Assembly (NCBI GenBank): GCA_050012255.1
Contig: JBEKHN010000004.1
Coordinates: forward strand, 58,267-122,266
Direction of reading: 5' to 3'
Length of the DNA stretch: 64,000 nt
Origin: Candidatus Bathyarchaeia archaeon
GTDB lineage: Archaea > Thermoproteota > Bathyarchaeia > Bathyarchaeales > Bathycorpusculaceae
Part shown: positions 29,454 to 39,206 of the stretch, piece by piece
Position numbering within the stretch: position 1 is the first letter of the stretch
Layout: each line of letters begins with the position of its first letter
Translations under genes and position numbers: made by a program
Notes under the pieces: generated by a model
What the model saw: the letters and a program-made list of their open reading frames with translations, nothing else
What the model was told of the DNA's origin: nothing
The model's database searches: none

Positions 29454-32400
29454 TTACTTGTAGGTTTTTCCGAAATTTCCAGCTAATATAATGATGTCGA
29501 AGATGTCGACGATGCCGTCTTGGTTGAGATCCGCATCGGAATTCCATAATGGATGCCCAGGATAACACCCGAATGCTGATGCTTCTTGTATTGCATCATA
29601 CATATCAACGGTTCCATCGTGATTTAGGTCTCCAAGAACAGGGACGTAGGGCTGGATGAATGGGTATCTATCAGTGTTGTTTGCGTCTACGATGTATCGA
29701 GTGTCCCCTATTCCGTCACTTCCCGCCTCATTTTGATAAGGACCACTGGAGAAGTCAACACTAGCATAGTCGCTCCAGTAGTTTCCTCCAGAAGGATAGC
29801 CATCATCCCAAATGTTGACTGAGTTAAGACTGAGTGCTTGTTGCGTGTTCTTGAAGTTGTTATGGTATATCGTGTTGTTGTTGCTCTGGTCTTTTAGCCC
29901 GTACAGACCCCAATAACCTATGCTTATGCCGTAATAGTTGTTTGAGAGGGTGTTCTGAAGAATGGTGTTGTCGTTGGAAAACCACTCCAGGTATATTCCT
30001 GCTCCGATCAAAAAGGTATTGTTTGCAACCTTGTTTCTTCTTATTGTGTTGCGCGTGGCTCCACTGAGAGCTATTCCAGCTAAGCTACGAGTACCGCCTG
30101 AGACTTTGTTGCTGATAATTATGTTGTCGGTAGCATAATATGAGATAACGCCCACGATGTTTTCAAGTATCGTATTGCTGTCAATGCTGTTGTTCGGGGA
30201 TGCAGTTATGTCTATACCGACACTGGCGGTTGTTACCGTGTTTCCAGCAATCGTATTACGTTCAGAATAGTATAGGCCGATGCCGTCCCACCCACTGTTT
30301 GCTACGTTGCTTCCACTCACGATGTTGCTGTTGGAGCCCCATAGGTAGATGCCGTTGTAATTGTCTGAAGCAATCACGTTCGTTATTGTGGACTCAGTCG
30401 TGTACGCGAACAACACCCCTTGCCCATTGTTTGAAAGGTTCAGATCGTTCACTGAGATGCCTGTGGAATTGACAACTGCCACATACCCCACATTTGCTGG
30501 AACCTGCTTATCACGCTGATTAATGAGATAGTAAACTTGCTTTCCATTCACAGCGTTTGAAGTATCCACATCATTAACATAATCTGAAAGGGAAGCACCG
30601 TAAACTCCAAAGTTGTATGAATTGCCCGTCATGTCGTTGTTTCTGAGAGTGTTGCTGCCAGAATTATGTAGATAGACTCCTTGATTGTTGTTTACTATGG
30701 CATTATTGCTAATGGTGTTGCGGGCGGAAGAGTCTAAGTACAGTCCCGTTCCCATCGTACCGTTTGACACGGCGTTGCCGCTAATCGTGTTGTTCTCAGC
30801 GGACAACCATAAACCAATGCCAATTTCATTCTTTGTAACCGCATTGTCGCCAACAGAGTTATCGTTGGAGCTGATGAGCTCAATGCCACGGTTACCTTCT
30901 GAAGTCACTGTGTTCCTGACCAAAGTGTTGTTGTTGGAACTGTACAGGTAGATGCCGTACGTGTTATTCAAGGCGTTCACATTTTCTATGAGGCATCCAG
31001 AAGCATACGCGAGGAGCACGCCTTGAACATTGTTTGTCACGTTTAAGCCTCTCACGGAAATGTTCGTTGAGTTCACAATGCTCACGTACCCTGCGTCGGC
31101 TGGGATCTCCCTGTCTTTTTGATTCAACCAGTAATAGACCGGTCTGCCTTCAACCGTGTTAGAAGCATCCACGTCTTGAATGAAATGTGACAGGTCACTG
31201 CCTGTGACGCCGAAGTTGTATCTGTTCGCCGTCATGCTGTTATTTTTCAGGACGCTGTAGCTTGATTCTTCAATGAGCAGACCAGCCGTGTTGTTTGACA
31301 CCTCGTTGCCATTGATTGTGTTGCGACTTGATTTCTGCACGTAGAGGCCAAGGCCATTGTTCAGCAATTTGTTGAAGTCAATTGTGTGCCCCTCTGAATA
31401 GTACAGGTCAATGCCCTCTTCATTACGCATTAACATGTTGTCTCTAACGTTGTTACTCTCAGACTCGTCGATATAGATGCCGATGTAGTTGTTTGATGCG
31501 GCGTTACTATCAACCGAATTGTTGTGTGAAAATGCAAGGCGCAAACCATAGTAGTTGTCTGAAGCATTCACGTTCTCTACGTAAGAATTAACGGTGGCGA
31601 CGAAGAGCACGCCCTCCTGGTTGCTTCGAAGTTGCAAGTCTCTCACGATGATATTTGAGGAATTTACTATTGCCACATAGCCAGCGTCTGCTGGAGCAGT
31701 ACGGCTGTCTTGGTTCACCAAATAGTACACAGATTTGCCATTAACCGTGTTCGAAGCATCTACGTCATGAATGAAATCCGTGACAGAATAACCCTCAACC
31801 CCAAAATTGTACTTGTTGCCTGTCATGTTATTGTTTCTGAGCGTGGCGTTTACAGCACCGTACAAGAGTATCCCATGATAGTTGTTCATAGTCGTCGTAT
31901 CAGTGATTGTCACTCCTTCTGAAGCGACAAAGATACCAGCGTAGTCCAAAGAATAGAGACTATTCTGAAGCGTGAAACCACTGATCTTGACGTAGTTTGC
32001 TGTCACAAGTATGACATCTTTCATTCTTTGGCCGTCAATGATAGTACGGCTTCGGTCTTCTCCAACGAGAGTTAAACCTTCTTTGTTTATCCATACGTTT
32101 TCGTAGTATGTTCCTGAAGCCACAGAGATTGTGTCTCCTTCGAATGCTGCACTTATTGCATCCTGTATCTTTGGATAATCATGAGGGACTCTGATAACTT
32201 GCGGAGCCCTGACGGTTACTTGATTGGATAGAAAATTGTTATTGACAATAGCTTCTCCACTTACGGGCAGTATGTAGCATGTAACATTGTACGCTCCCTG
32301 GATGGTTGGCGTCCACGAGTAACTCAAAGAAGCAGACGCTCCACTCACCAAAAAGTCAATGGCTTGAGATTGGACAACGCCACCGTTTACCAACAACTCG

Positions 32401-33983
32401 ACGGTTATGCCACTTTCATTACTCTTTCCCATGTCAAGTATAGTTGTGTTGACAACGGCTTCATTTCCAAGTTTCAGATACGGAGGCGTCTTCAAGCTTA
32501 AGACAAGGACGTCATGATCTGACGGGCCTTGCTCCACCGCTTTTCTTGCGTTGACTCTTCCAAATCCGTAGTAAACGTCAAAACCTGGGGCGCCCAAGTC
32601 GTCCGCAGTGTACTGCAGCTGAGCCCACACTTGATCTCGAGTCATATTGGGGAACATGCTCCAAATCAAGGCTGCAACACCTGAAACATGGGGCGTTGCC
32701 ATTGAAGTTCCACTCATGTATGCATAAGTGCCGCCCAAGACTGTTGAGTAGATGTTGACGCCAGGAGCCGCGACTTTCAACCAGTCTCCGTAATTAGTGA
32801 ATGAAGCAGGGTTGTCAAGCTCATCAGTTGCCGCCACTGCAACAACCTCGTCAAAAGCGGCAGGATAATGCTTAACGTTGGTTGCATCGTTCCCAGCTGC
32901 TGCAACAACGACCACTCCGTGCTCATACGCATATCTCACGGCCTCATGCAGAACCGTGCTTTCCGCAGAGCTGCCCCAACTGCAGCTAATGATGTTTGCC
33001 CCCTGATTCACAGCGTGAACAATAGCTTTGGCAAGCTCGCTTGAACTTCCAATTCCACTCGCATCCAAGCCCTTTTCACCCATGATACGAACCTGAGCAA
33101 GTCCTGCTATACCTAGGCTGTTATTGATGGTAGCCGCGATAACTCCTGCACAATGGGTCCCATGTCCATTATCATCCATGGGGTTTGGATCATTATTTAC
33201 CCAATTGTAGCCCAATGCAACATAGTTAGCGGCGAGGTCAGGATGTTGCCAGTCAATGCCAGTGTCAACCACTGCCACAAGAATTGAGTGACTGCCCACG
33301 GTTGTGTTCCAGGCCCAATCAGCCTCTATTGTGCGGAGCCCCCATTGTTTAGACCATTCAGGATCATTTGGAACGGCGTCAATCTGATACCTCATGTTGG
33401 GCTCAATGTAACTTGCTAAGCCACCCTTCTCAGCTTCTGACACGAAAGAATCAAGAGTTGATAGAGGTACGTCAGCTACTATGGCCTGGGTATTTTCCCC
33501 CATCAAAACCGAGTCCACAGGTCCCCCACCACTTTCTATCAGACGATCAACAAGTTCGTGGTAGTTGCCTTGTCCTGTGTTGTTAATTCCTATCACTAGC
33601 TCAACGGAGTTTCCGTTTACATAAGCAAAATCTCTCCATTGCGTTGACTGCTTAAAAAGCCACGTCGAAGTAGAGACAAAGTGAGGCTGAGGAGTTATGC
33701 TTTCTTGAGGACCCCAGCTTATGCTTGACACATATTTGTCCATCACTCCTGCCTGAGATCCTCCCAAAGTCCAAGCAATGTCTCTCAGATCCACCGGTTG
33801 TTCGTTTTGTCCAGTCAAGTAACCTTGCCACGCTTGCATAACGTCAAAGCTTCCGGTAGGGTTGTTCTCTTGCTTGGGTATTGTGACCGGAACTGCCTTA
33901 GTGGACAGAGTGTGCGGTACAAAAGTTAGCACGCTTAACACAAGCAGCGTGAGCATTAATCCAGAATCTAATCTGTTTGACAA
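29454..33983 (-). CDS. Secreted S8 (subtilisin-like) protease with Ig/CARDB-like domain, long NosD-type beta-helix and C-terminal dockerin-like domain
   Basis: Triad VVDTG / NGHGTH / GTSMAT; parallel beta-helix repeats; GDLNHDGTVD...ADLNQDGIVDIFD; likely start TTG 33983 after GGAGA, followed by a signal peptide. Confidence 0.88.
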   Translation of the reverse strand: MSNRLDSGLMLTLLVLSVLTFVPHTLSTKAVPVTIPKQENNPTGSFDVMQAWQGYLTGQNEQPVDLRDIAWTLGGSQAGVMDKYVSSISWGPQESITPQPHFVSTSTWLFKQSTQWRDFAYVNGNSVELVIGINNTGQGNYHELVDRLIESGGGPVDSVLMGENTQAIVADVPLSTLDSFVSEAEKGGLASYIEPNMRYQIDAVPNDPEWSKQWGLRTIEADWAWNTTVGSHSILVAVVDTGIDWQHPDLAANYVALGYNWVNNDPNPMDDNGHGTHCAGVIAATINNSLGIAGLAQVRIMGEKGLDASGIGSSSELAKAIVHAVNQGANIISCSWGSSAESTVLHEAVRYAYEHGVVVVAAAGNDATNVKHYPAAFDEVVAVAATDELDNPASFTNYGDWLKVAAPGVNIYSTVLGGTYAYMSGTSMATPHVSGVAALIWSMFPNMTRDQVWAQLQYTADDLGAPGFDVYYGFGRVNARKAVEQGPSDHDVLVLSLKTPPYLKLGNEAVVNTTILDMGKSNESGITVELLVNGGVVQSQAIDFLVSGASASLSYSWTPTIQGAYNVTCYILPVSGEAIVNNNFLSNQVTVRAPQVIRVPHDYPKIQDAISAAFEGDTISVASGTYYENVWINKEGLTLVGEDRSRTIIDGQRMKDVILVTANYVKISGFTLQNSLYSLDYAGIFVASEGVTITDTTTMNNYHGILLYGAVNATLRNNNMTGNKYNFGVEGYSVTDFIHDVDASNTVNGKSVYYLVNQDSRTAPADAGYVAIVNSSNIIVRDLQLRSNQEGVLFVATVNSYVENVNASDNYYGLRLAFSHNNSVDSNAASNNYIGIYIDESESNNVRDNMLMRNEEGIDLYYSEGHTIDFNKLLNNGLGLYVQKSSRNTINGNEVSNNTAGLLIEESSYSVLKNNSMTANRYNFGVTGSDLSHFIQDVDASNTVEGRPVYYWLNQKDREIPADAGYVSIVNSTNISVRGLNVTNNVQGVLLAYASGCLIENVNALNNTYGIYLYSSNNNTLVRNTVTSEGNRGIELISSNDNSVGDNAVTKNEIGIGLWLSAENNTISGNAVSNGTMGTGLYLDSSARNTISNNAIVNNNQGVYLHNSGSNTLRNNDMTGNSYNFGVYGASLSDYVNDVDTSNAVNGKQVYYLINQRDKQVPANVGYVAVVNSTGISVNDLNLSNNGQGVLFAYTTESTITNVIASDNYNGIYLWGSNSNIVSGSNVANSGWDGIGLYYSERNTIAGNTVTTASVGIDITASPNNSIDSNTILENIVGVISYYATDNIIISNKVSGGTRSLAGIALSGATRNTIRRNKVANNTFLIGAGIYLEWFSNDNTILQNTLSNNYYGISIGYWGLYGLKDQSNNNTIYHNNFKNTQQALSLNSVNIWDDGYPSGGNYWSDYASVDFSSGPYQNEAGSDGIGDTRYIVDANNTDRYPFIQPYVPVLGDLNHDGTVDMYDAIQEASAFGCYPGHPLWNSDADLNQDGIVDIFDIIILAGNFGKTYK

Positions 33984-34423
33984 TTCTCCTTCTCTTGATC
34001 TTACATGGTTAAACCAACAGATAAAAGTTCGCGCGCTCCATTCAAAGAACCAGGTAGAACAGTCAAATGTGCGAACAGCAGGTCGCAAAAATCTCTTTAG
34101 GACATGGAATGTCGATGGAAATGGTCTGTGTCGTTTGCAACTAGGTGAAGAACAAACCGTTCCACATCGCTGACATAGCGTAAAATGATGATACGCTTTT
34201 GGCGGAGAGGTCACACAAAAATCCACGCGCCATTGAAAGCCACAATAGGACAAAACATAAGATTCTAGTAGCGGCGTGAAGCATTTTGCTACAAAACCCT
34301 CCTCTTCCGGAATCTTCTCCGGCCAAGAATGCAAGAAGCATCTGAATGACAAAGCAAATCTCGGAGAAGTTCTAATCATTCTAAGATCAGCAGAAAACAG
34401 GGAACTAGAAGCAGGTCTAAGGC

Positions 34424-36607
34424 ATGCCAAAGTTTCGACAGACTGCAGAATTGCTGAGGTTGATGGACAAGAAAGAGCGTATCCGCAACGTCTGCGTAGT
34501 GGCCCACATAGACCATGGAAAAACAACAATGACCGATTCGCTGCTGATCGAAGCGGGACTTCTGCCGCCACACGTAGCAGGTTCAGCAAGAGTTCTGGAC
34601 TATTTGGAGGAAGAGCAAAAACGCGGGATCACGATTAAAACGGCAAACATATCGTTTCTGCATGAAGCAGACGGGTCCCCTTACCTGATAAACCTGGTCG
34701 ACACTCCTGGGCATGTGGACTTCACAGGTAAGGTGACCAGGGCTTTGCGCGCGGTTGACGGTGCAATCGTCGTCGTGGACGCTGTGGAAGAGGTGATGGC
34801 TCAGACAGAAACTGTCACGCGTCAAGCTCTTGAGGAGAGGGTGAGACCTGTTCTTTTCATAAACAAGGTTGACCGTCTGATAAAGGAGCTGAAGCTTTCC
34901 CCCAATGAGATTCAGAAAAAGTTTGTCCATATTATCACCGATTTCAACAACATCATCGAGATTTATGGCGAACCAAGGTTTACAGAGAAATGGAAAGTTG
35001 ACCCTTCAAAACAGAGTGTTGCCTTCGGTTCAGCGCTTCACAGGTGGGGATTCACCCTAGAAATAGCTGAGAAGAAGGGCATAAGATTCAGTGATCGCGA
35101 CATCACGGACGCTTATGAGCATGAAACATGGCAGGAACTCTCGCAAGTTGTTCCACTCCACACCGCCATACTTGACATGGTCGTGAAGAACCTGCCAAGC
35201 CCTGTTGAAAGCCAACGATACCGCGTACCAAAGATCTGGAAAGGCAGTTTGACATCAGAAATCGGTCAGGCAATGGCGAACTGCGACGACCAAGGGCCAA
35301 CTGTGATAGGCATAACTGCAGCTCAGATAGTTCAGAACGAGGGTTTGGTTGCCACTGGACGGATCTTCTCAGGATCTGTGAAAAAAGGCGACAACGTCTA
35401 CTTGCTCGGCGCAGGCAAAGACCATTGCGTGCAACAGGTTTCCCTCTACATGAGTGCTTTCAGGGAAGCTGTAGGCCAAATTTCTGCAGGCAACATTGCT
35501 GCCTTAACAGGGCTTGAATCGGCAAGGGCCGGGGAAACGGTCGTCGATGTTCAACACAAGAGCATGAGCATTCCGTTTGAGAATGCCCAGTATGTTTCAG
35601 AGCCTGTCATGACCATAGCGATAGAACCGAAGAACCCAAAAGACCTAGAAAGCCTTCTTGAGGCACTGAAAAGACTTTCGATTGAAGACCCAAACCTCGT
35701 AACAACGGTGGATACTGAAACGGGTCAACACTTGCTTAGCGGCATGGGTGAGCTTCACTTGGAGGTTGCGATGAACTTCTTGAAGAAGTACATTGGTGAT
35801 GTCGAGCTTGATGCAACTAGCCCGATTGCAGCGTATAGAGAAACTGTTTTCAAGAGTGGAGCCCTGGTGATGACGAAGAGCCCCAACAAGCGTAACGAGT
35901 TCTGGGTACAGACAGAGCCGCTTGAAAGCAAAGCGATAACAGTCCTAGAAAAAAGCCTTTCATACCGTGAAGACAGGTTTGGAAAGAGTGCAGGGGGAGA
36001 GATTTGGGCCGTGGACGAGCGAATCAACATTCTAGTAGATTCAACTAAGCAAGCCGAGCATCTTCAAGAGGTGAAGAACGATGTCGTCTCAGGTTTCTAT
36101 TGGACATGCAGAACCGGGCCCCTTAGCGAACAGCCCTTGAGAGGCGTGAAAGTCAAGCTTATGGACGTGAAGCTGGACAGAAATCCCGAAAATCGAGAAC
36201 CAAGTCAAGTGACGCGGGCAATAAGCCGCGCAATTCTGGGGTCGTTGTTGACAGCTAACCCCACACTTTTGGAGCCGATTTACAAGGTCGAAGTGTCCGT
36301 TCCATTGCAATGGCTTGGCACGTGCTCCAAGATAATAACCCGCAGACACGGAAAAATAGAGGCCACTCAACAGAAAGGACAGTCAGCAATCATCACCGGC
36401 TACGTGCCAGTCGCACAGACTTTCGGCCTCTCTGCAGAAATGCGTACTGCAACATCCGGCCACGTTTTTTGGCAGCTGACTTTTGACCATTGGGAGAAAA
36501 TGCCTGAAAAGCTTGAGGCTGAAGTAGTCACACAGCTCCGTGTGAGAAGAGGTTTGCCGCCGGAAGTGCCTCAACCGAGGGCTTTTGTAGACGAAATCCT
36601 TAGCTGA
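34424..36607 (+). CDS. Elongation factor 2 paralog (aEF-2p) lacking the diphthamide histidine
   Basis: AHIDHGKTT, RGITI, DTPGHVDF, NKVD, SEPV, GMGELHLE, LLEP; domain IV loop reads KLDRNPENREPSQ instead of LHEDAIHRGPAQ. Confidence 0.9.
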   Translation: MPKFRQTAELLRLMDKKERIRNVCVVAHIDHGKTTMTDSLLIEAGLLPPHVAGSARVLDYLEEEQKRGITIKTANISFLHEADGSPYLINLVDTPGHVDFTGKVTRALRAVDGAIVVVDAVEEVMAQTETVTRQALEERVRPVLFINKVDRLIKELKLSPNEIQKKFVHIITDFNNIIEIYGEPRFTEKWKVDPSKQSVAFGSALHRWGFTLEIAEKKGIRFSDRDITDAYEHETWQELSQVVPLHTAILDMVVKNLPSPVESQRYRVPKIWKGSLTSEIGQAMANCDDQGPTVIGITAAQIVQNEGLVATGRIFSGSVKKGDNVYLLGAGKDHCVQQVSLYMSAFREAVGQISAGNIAALTGLESARAGETVVDVQHKSMSIPFENAQYVSEPVMTIAIEPKNPKDLESLLEALKRLSIEDPNLVTTVDTETGQHLLSGMGELHLEVAMNFLKKYIGDVELDATSPIAAYRETVFKSGALVMTKSPNKRNEFWVQTEPLESKAITVLEKSLSYREDRFGKSAGGEIWAVDERINILVDSTKQAEHLQEVKNDVVSGFYWTCRTGPLSEQPLRGVKVKLMDVKLDRNPENREPSQVTRAISRAILGSLLTANPTLLEPIYKVEVSVPLQWLGTCSKIITRRHGKIEATQQKGQSAIITGYVPVAQTFGLSAEMRTATSGHVFWQLTFDHWEKMPEKLEAEVVTQLRVRRGLPPEVPQPRAFVDEILS

Positions 36608-36669
36608 CCTCGCACTGGCCAGCTTTTCCTGCTGTCTTGATCAATAAGGGTTTAAAACTACTTTGAAGA

Positions 36670-37572
36670 ATGGTAAACGTGGGATCGATTATGGTTCAAT
36701 TGGATCTTTCGCTTCCTTTTGACTTGGACTTCACCTTGTGTTGTGGTCAGACGTTTAGGTGGAAAAAACAGGGCGATTGGTGGTACGGTACAGTCGGAGA
36801 AAATGTTTTCAAAGTTCGACAGAGCGGAGACAAGCTGGAGGTTGAAAATGCAGGTGAAGCATTTGTCAGGAGATATTTCGGGTTGAACGATGATCTACGG
36901 GAGATTTTTTCTCAAATCAACAAAGACAAGCACATAGGGACAGCGATTGAAGAGTTCAAGGGTCTTCGCATTCTTCGGCAAGACCCATGGGAATGTCTCA
37001 TCTCGTACATCTGTGCAACCTACAAGAATATTGAGGCGATAAAACGGATGTTGCTGCGTCTTTCCAGAAAATTCGGGAAAGAAGTCGTTCTTGATGGTTA
37101 CAGTTTCTTCACGTTTCCGACCCCGATGAAACTGGCCAAGGCAACTTCAGAGAATCTAAGAGAATGTGAACTGGGCTACAGAGCGAAGTACGTTTCACAA
37201 ACCTCCAAAGAAATTTTCAAAAACGACTATGAGCTGGAACACTTAAAAAAAGCAACCCATGACCAAGCAAAAGAGGAATTGCTCAGATTTCCCGGAGTGG
37301 GCCCCAAGGTGGCAGACTGTGTCCTGCTTTTTTCTCTCGAGAAACTCGATGCTTTTCCAGTCGATGTATGGATCAGAAGAGCAGTTTTGCGGCATTATGC
37401 TAGTAGTTTTCCGAGCGAGTTTGTGGACACTATCTCTCGTGAGAAATCCCTCAGCGGGTCAGGATACAGGCGGCTGAATTTGTTTGGAAGACAGTACTTT
37501 GGCAAGTACGCGGGTTACGCACAAGAATACCTGTATCATAATGAACGCACTCAAGCCCGTAGTCATCCATGA
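36670..37572 (+). CDS. 8-oxoguanine DNA glycosylase (OGG1-like, HhH-GPD)
   Basis: TL.CGQTFRW, GLRILRQDPWECLISYI, LGYRAKY, FPGVGPKVADC, FPVDVW, YAGYAQEYL. Confidence 0.9.
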   Translation: MVNVGSIMVQLDLSLPFDLDFTLCCGQTFRWKKQGDWWYGTVGENVFKVRQSGDKLEVENAGEAFVRRYFGLNDDLREIFSQINKDKHIGTAIEEFKGLRILRQDPWECLISYICATYKNIEAIKRMLLRLSRKFGKEVVLDGYSFFTFPTPMKLAKATSENLRECELGYRAKYVSQTSKEIFKNDYELEHLKKATHDQAKEELLRFPGVGPKVADCVLLFSLEKLDAFPVDVWIRRAVLRHYASSFPSEFVDTISREKSLSGSGYRRLNLFGRQYFGKYAGYAQEYLYHNERTQARSHP

Positions 37573-37683
37573 TTACAAGCTGGTTCTGTATGTGATGCCA
37601 GCGATTTCATAACGGTGGCCCAAATGCGGAAAACGTTTAAATTGACTCTGAAACAGCATAATAAAGGGATCAAACCAAGGTCT

Positions 37684-37778
37684 GGGCCCGTAGCTCAGCT
37701 AGGTTAGAGCGCCAGGCTCATAAATGTTCAGTGTGTTGAGAGACCTGTTGGTCGGGTGTTCAAATCGCCCCGGGCCCA
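37684..37778 (+). tRNA. tRNA with CAT anticodon, most likely tRNA-Ile2, with a 20-nt intron at 37/38 (37723-37742)
   Basis: GGGCCCG acceptor stem typical of archaeal Ile2; CTCA/TGAG central helix flanked by 3-nt bulges TAA and AGA (BHB motif); CCA not encoded. Confidence 0.88.
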
Positions 37779-37922
37779 CCTTTCCTGAGTGCGCATGCTC
37801 TTGAAGACCCGAGACGCTTACAGGTTGCGTCTCCGTTCTTTTTTCGGCTACCAACAATTCCACGGACTTTCTTGGTGACCACCTTTGGTGTTTCTTCCTC
37901 GTCCAGGAGAGAAACGACTGTG

Positions 37923-38402
37923 TTAAGGCTTTAGCCTTGTAACCAGGTTTGCGACCGTCTCCCCAAGATCCTTGCATGATTCAATGTCCTTGCCCCTCGG
38001 TGAACCCACTGCCGCGGCACCATAGTGTTTGTCATCACACCTTCCTTGGACGATCATGCCGTGGACTAACATTGCCTCAACTATTGATAGTAAGGTGGTT
38101 TCTGCACCCGTCGCGGTTCCGCCCGAGCTTGTGAAGACTGCTCCCACTTTTCCGTCGAGTTTTCCGTGTATTTTGACCGATTTGTCAAACATGGTCTTGA
38201 GCTTGCCTGACATTTGACCGTAATAGACTGGCGAGCCGATCATGATCCCATCGGCATTGCTCAGGTCTTGAAGACTTGTTTGACTGACCTTCTTTAAGGT
38301 CACTTCAACGCCTTTGACTCTTTTGACCCCTTCAGCGACGGCAAGCGCCATTTTCTCGGTGTTACCTGTTCGTGAATCGTATACGACTAGGATTCTTGCC
38401 AT
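37923..38402 (-). CDS. Flavodoxin-like NAD(P)H-dependent oxidoreductase (WrbA family)
   Basis: YDSRTGNTEKMA, GSPVYYG, GKVGAVFTS, GAETTL. Confidence 0.88.
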   Translation of the reverse strand: MARILVVYDSRTGNTEKMALAVAEGVKRVKGVEVTLKKVSQTSLQDLSNADGIMIGSPVYYGQMSGKLKTMFDKSVKIHGKLDGKVGAVFTSSGGTATGAETTLLSIVEAMLVHGMIVQGRCDDKHYGAAAVGSPRGKDIESCKDLGETVANLVTRLKP

Positions 38403-38659
38403 TTCAATCCACGGTCAGCAATTGGCTTTAAGGTTCTCGTATTTTTGGTTCTGCCTTTTTATCGTTTTCCTCTGGCTCTTGAGGGTGCTTCCTTCATTTT
38501 CATTCGCACTATTCTCTCATACTGCAAGTTTGTCACGAACAGATTGTTCCTAACACGTCGTAATTTGAACAATGGTGAATTAGTGGTTTTGGCTCGCCAG
38601 CAGCTTGCGGGTTGTGTATCAAAACTGTTCTTACGTGTTTGCGCTACTGGAGAAATTCC

Positions 38660-38779
38660 TCACTTGGCTTTAACAACTTCTTTGCTGCAGATGGAGCACA
38701 AATCGCGGTCGAGTAATTGAATGAGTTCGGAGGGCTTTAATTCGCATCCACATCTATCGCAAAAGATCTTTCTAACCAT
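38660..38779 (-). CDS. Small zinc-finger protein (39 aa)
   Basis: Manual translation MVRKIFCDRCGCELKPSELIQLLDRDLCSICSKEVVKAK; two CxxC motifs. Confidence 0.6.
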   Translation of the reverse strand: MVRKIFCDRCGCELKPSELIQLLDRDLCSICSKEVVKAK

Positions 38780-38952
38780 GCTTGCCATCAACCCAAACTG
38801 TCTGAGCGAGACACTGAATTATTTTGGGAGCGACGTTAAAAAGGCATATTCCCAAACTGCAACATTTGAGTCAACATGGTCTCATTGTTTCTGGGTGGAC
38901 TAGAAGATTGTTCCATAAGCTATAAGTGATCAAAATGGTACTAGAGACTGTA

Positions 38953-39030
38953 AATGAGGGAAATGGTCTGTCACTTCGATGGGAGAAAGGAGAGAAGGGA
39001 GCAGAAATTAACTCTTCCATTTCCCTCATT
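38953..39030. repeat. Perfect 14-bp inverted repeat with 50-nt spacer
   Basis: AATGAGGGAAATGG (38953-38966) / CCATTTCCCTCATT (39017-39030). Confidence 0.8.
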
Positions 39031-39206
39031 CACTTTCCCTAATCAATGCATATGTTACTTTTAAATTTTTTCCTGTTTTTTGAATTTTATTCTCACAAAA
39101 ATGACAAAAAAGTGCTTTTAGCTCATGGCTTGCCCGATTTCTTGTTTGAATCTCTTCTCTTCCAAGAAAAATGCGTGTAGGCCATGCTGAAAACAGCCAC
39201 ATAATC

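Noticed and set aside
33984-34589. N-terminal about 200 aa of the 1711-aa protease ORF
   Set aside because: It overlaps the EF-2 paralog antisense and looks non-coding; the signal peptide and RBS point to a start near 33983.
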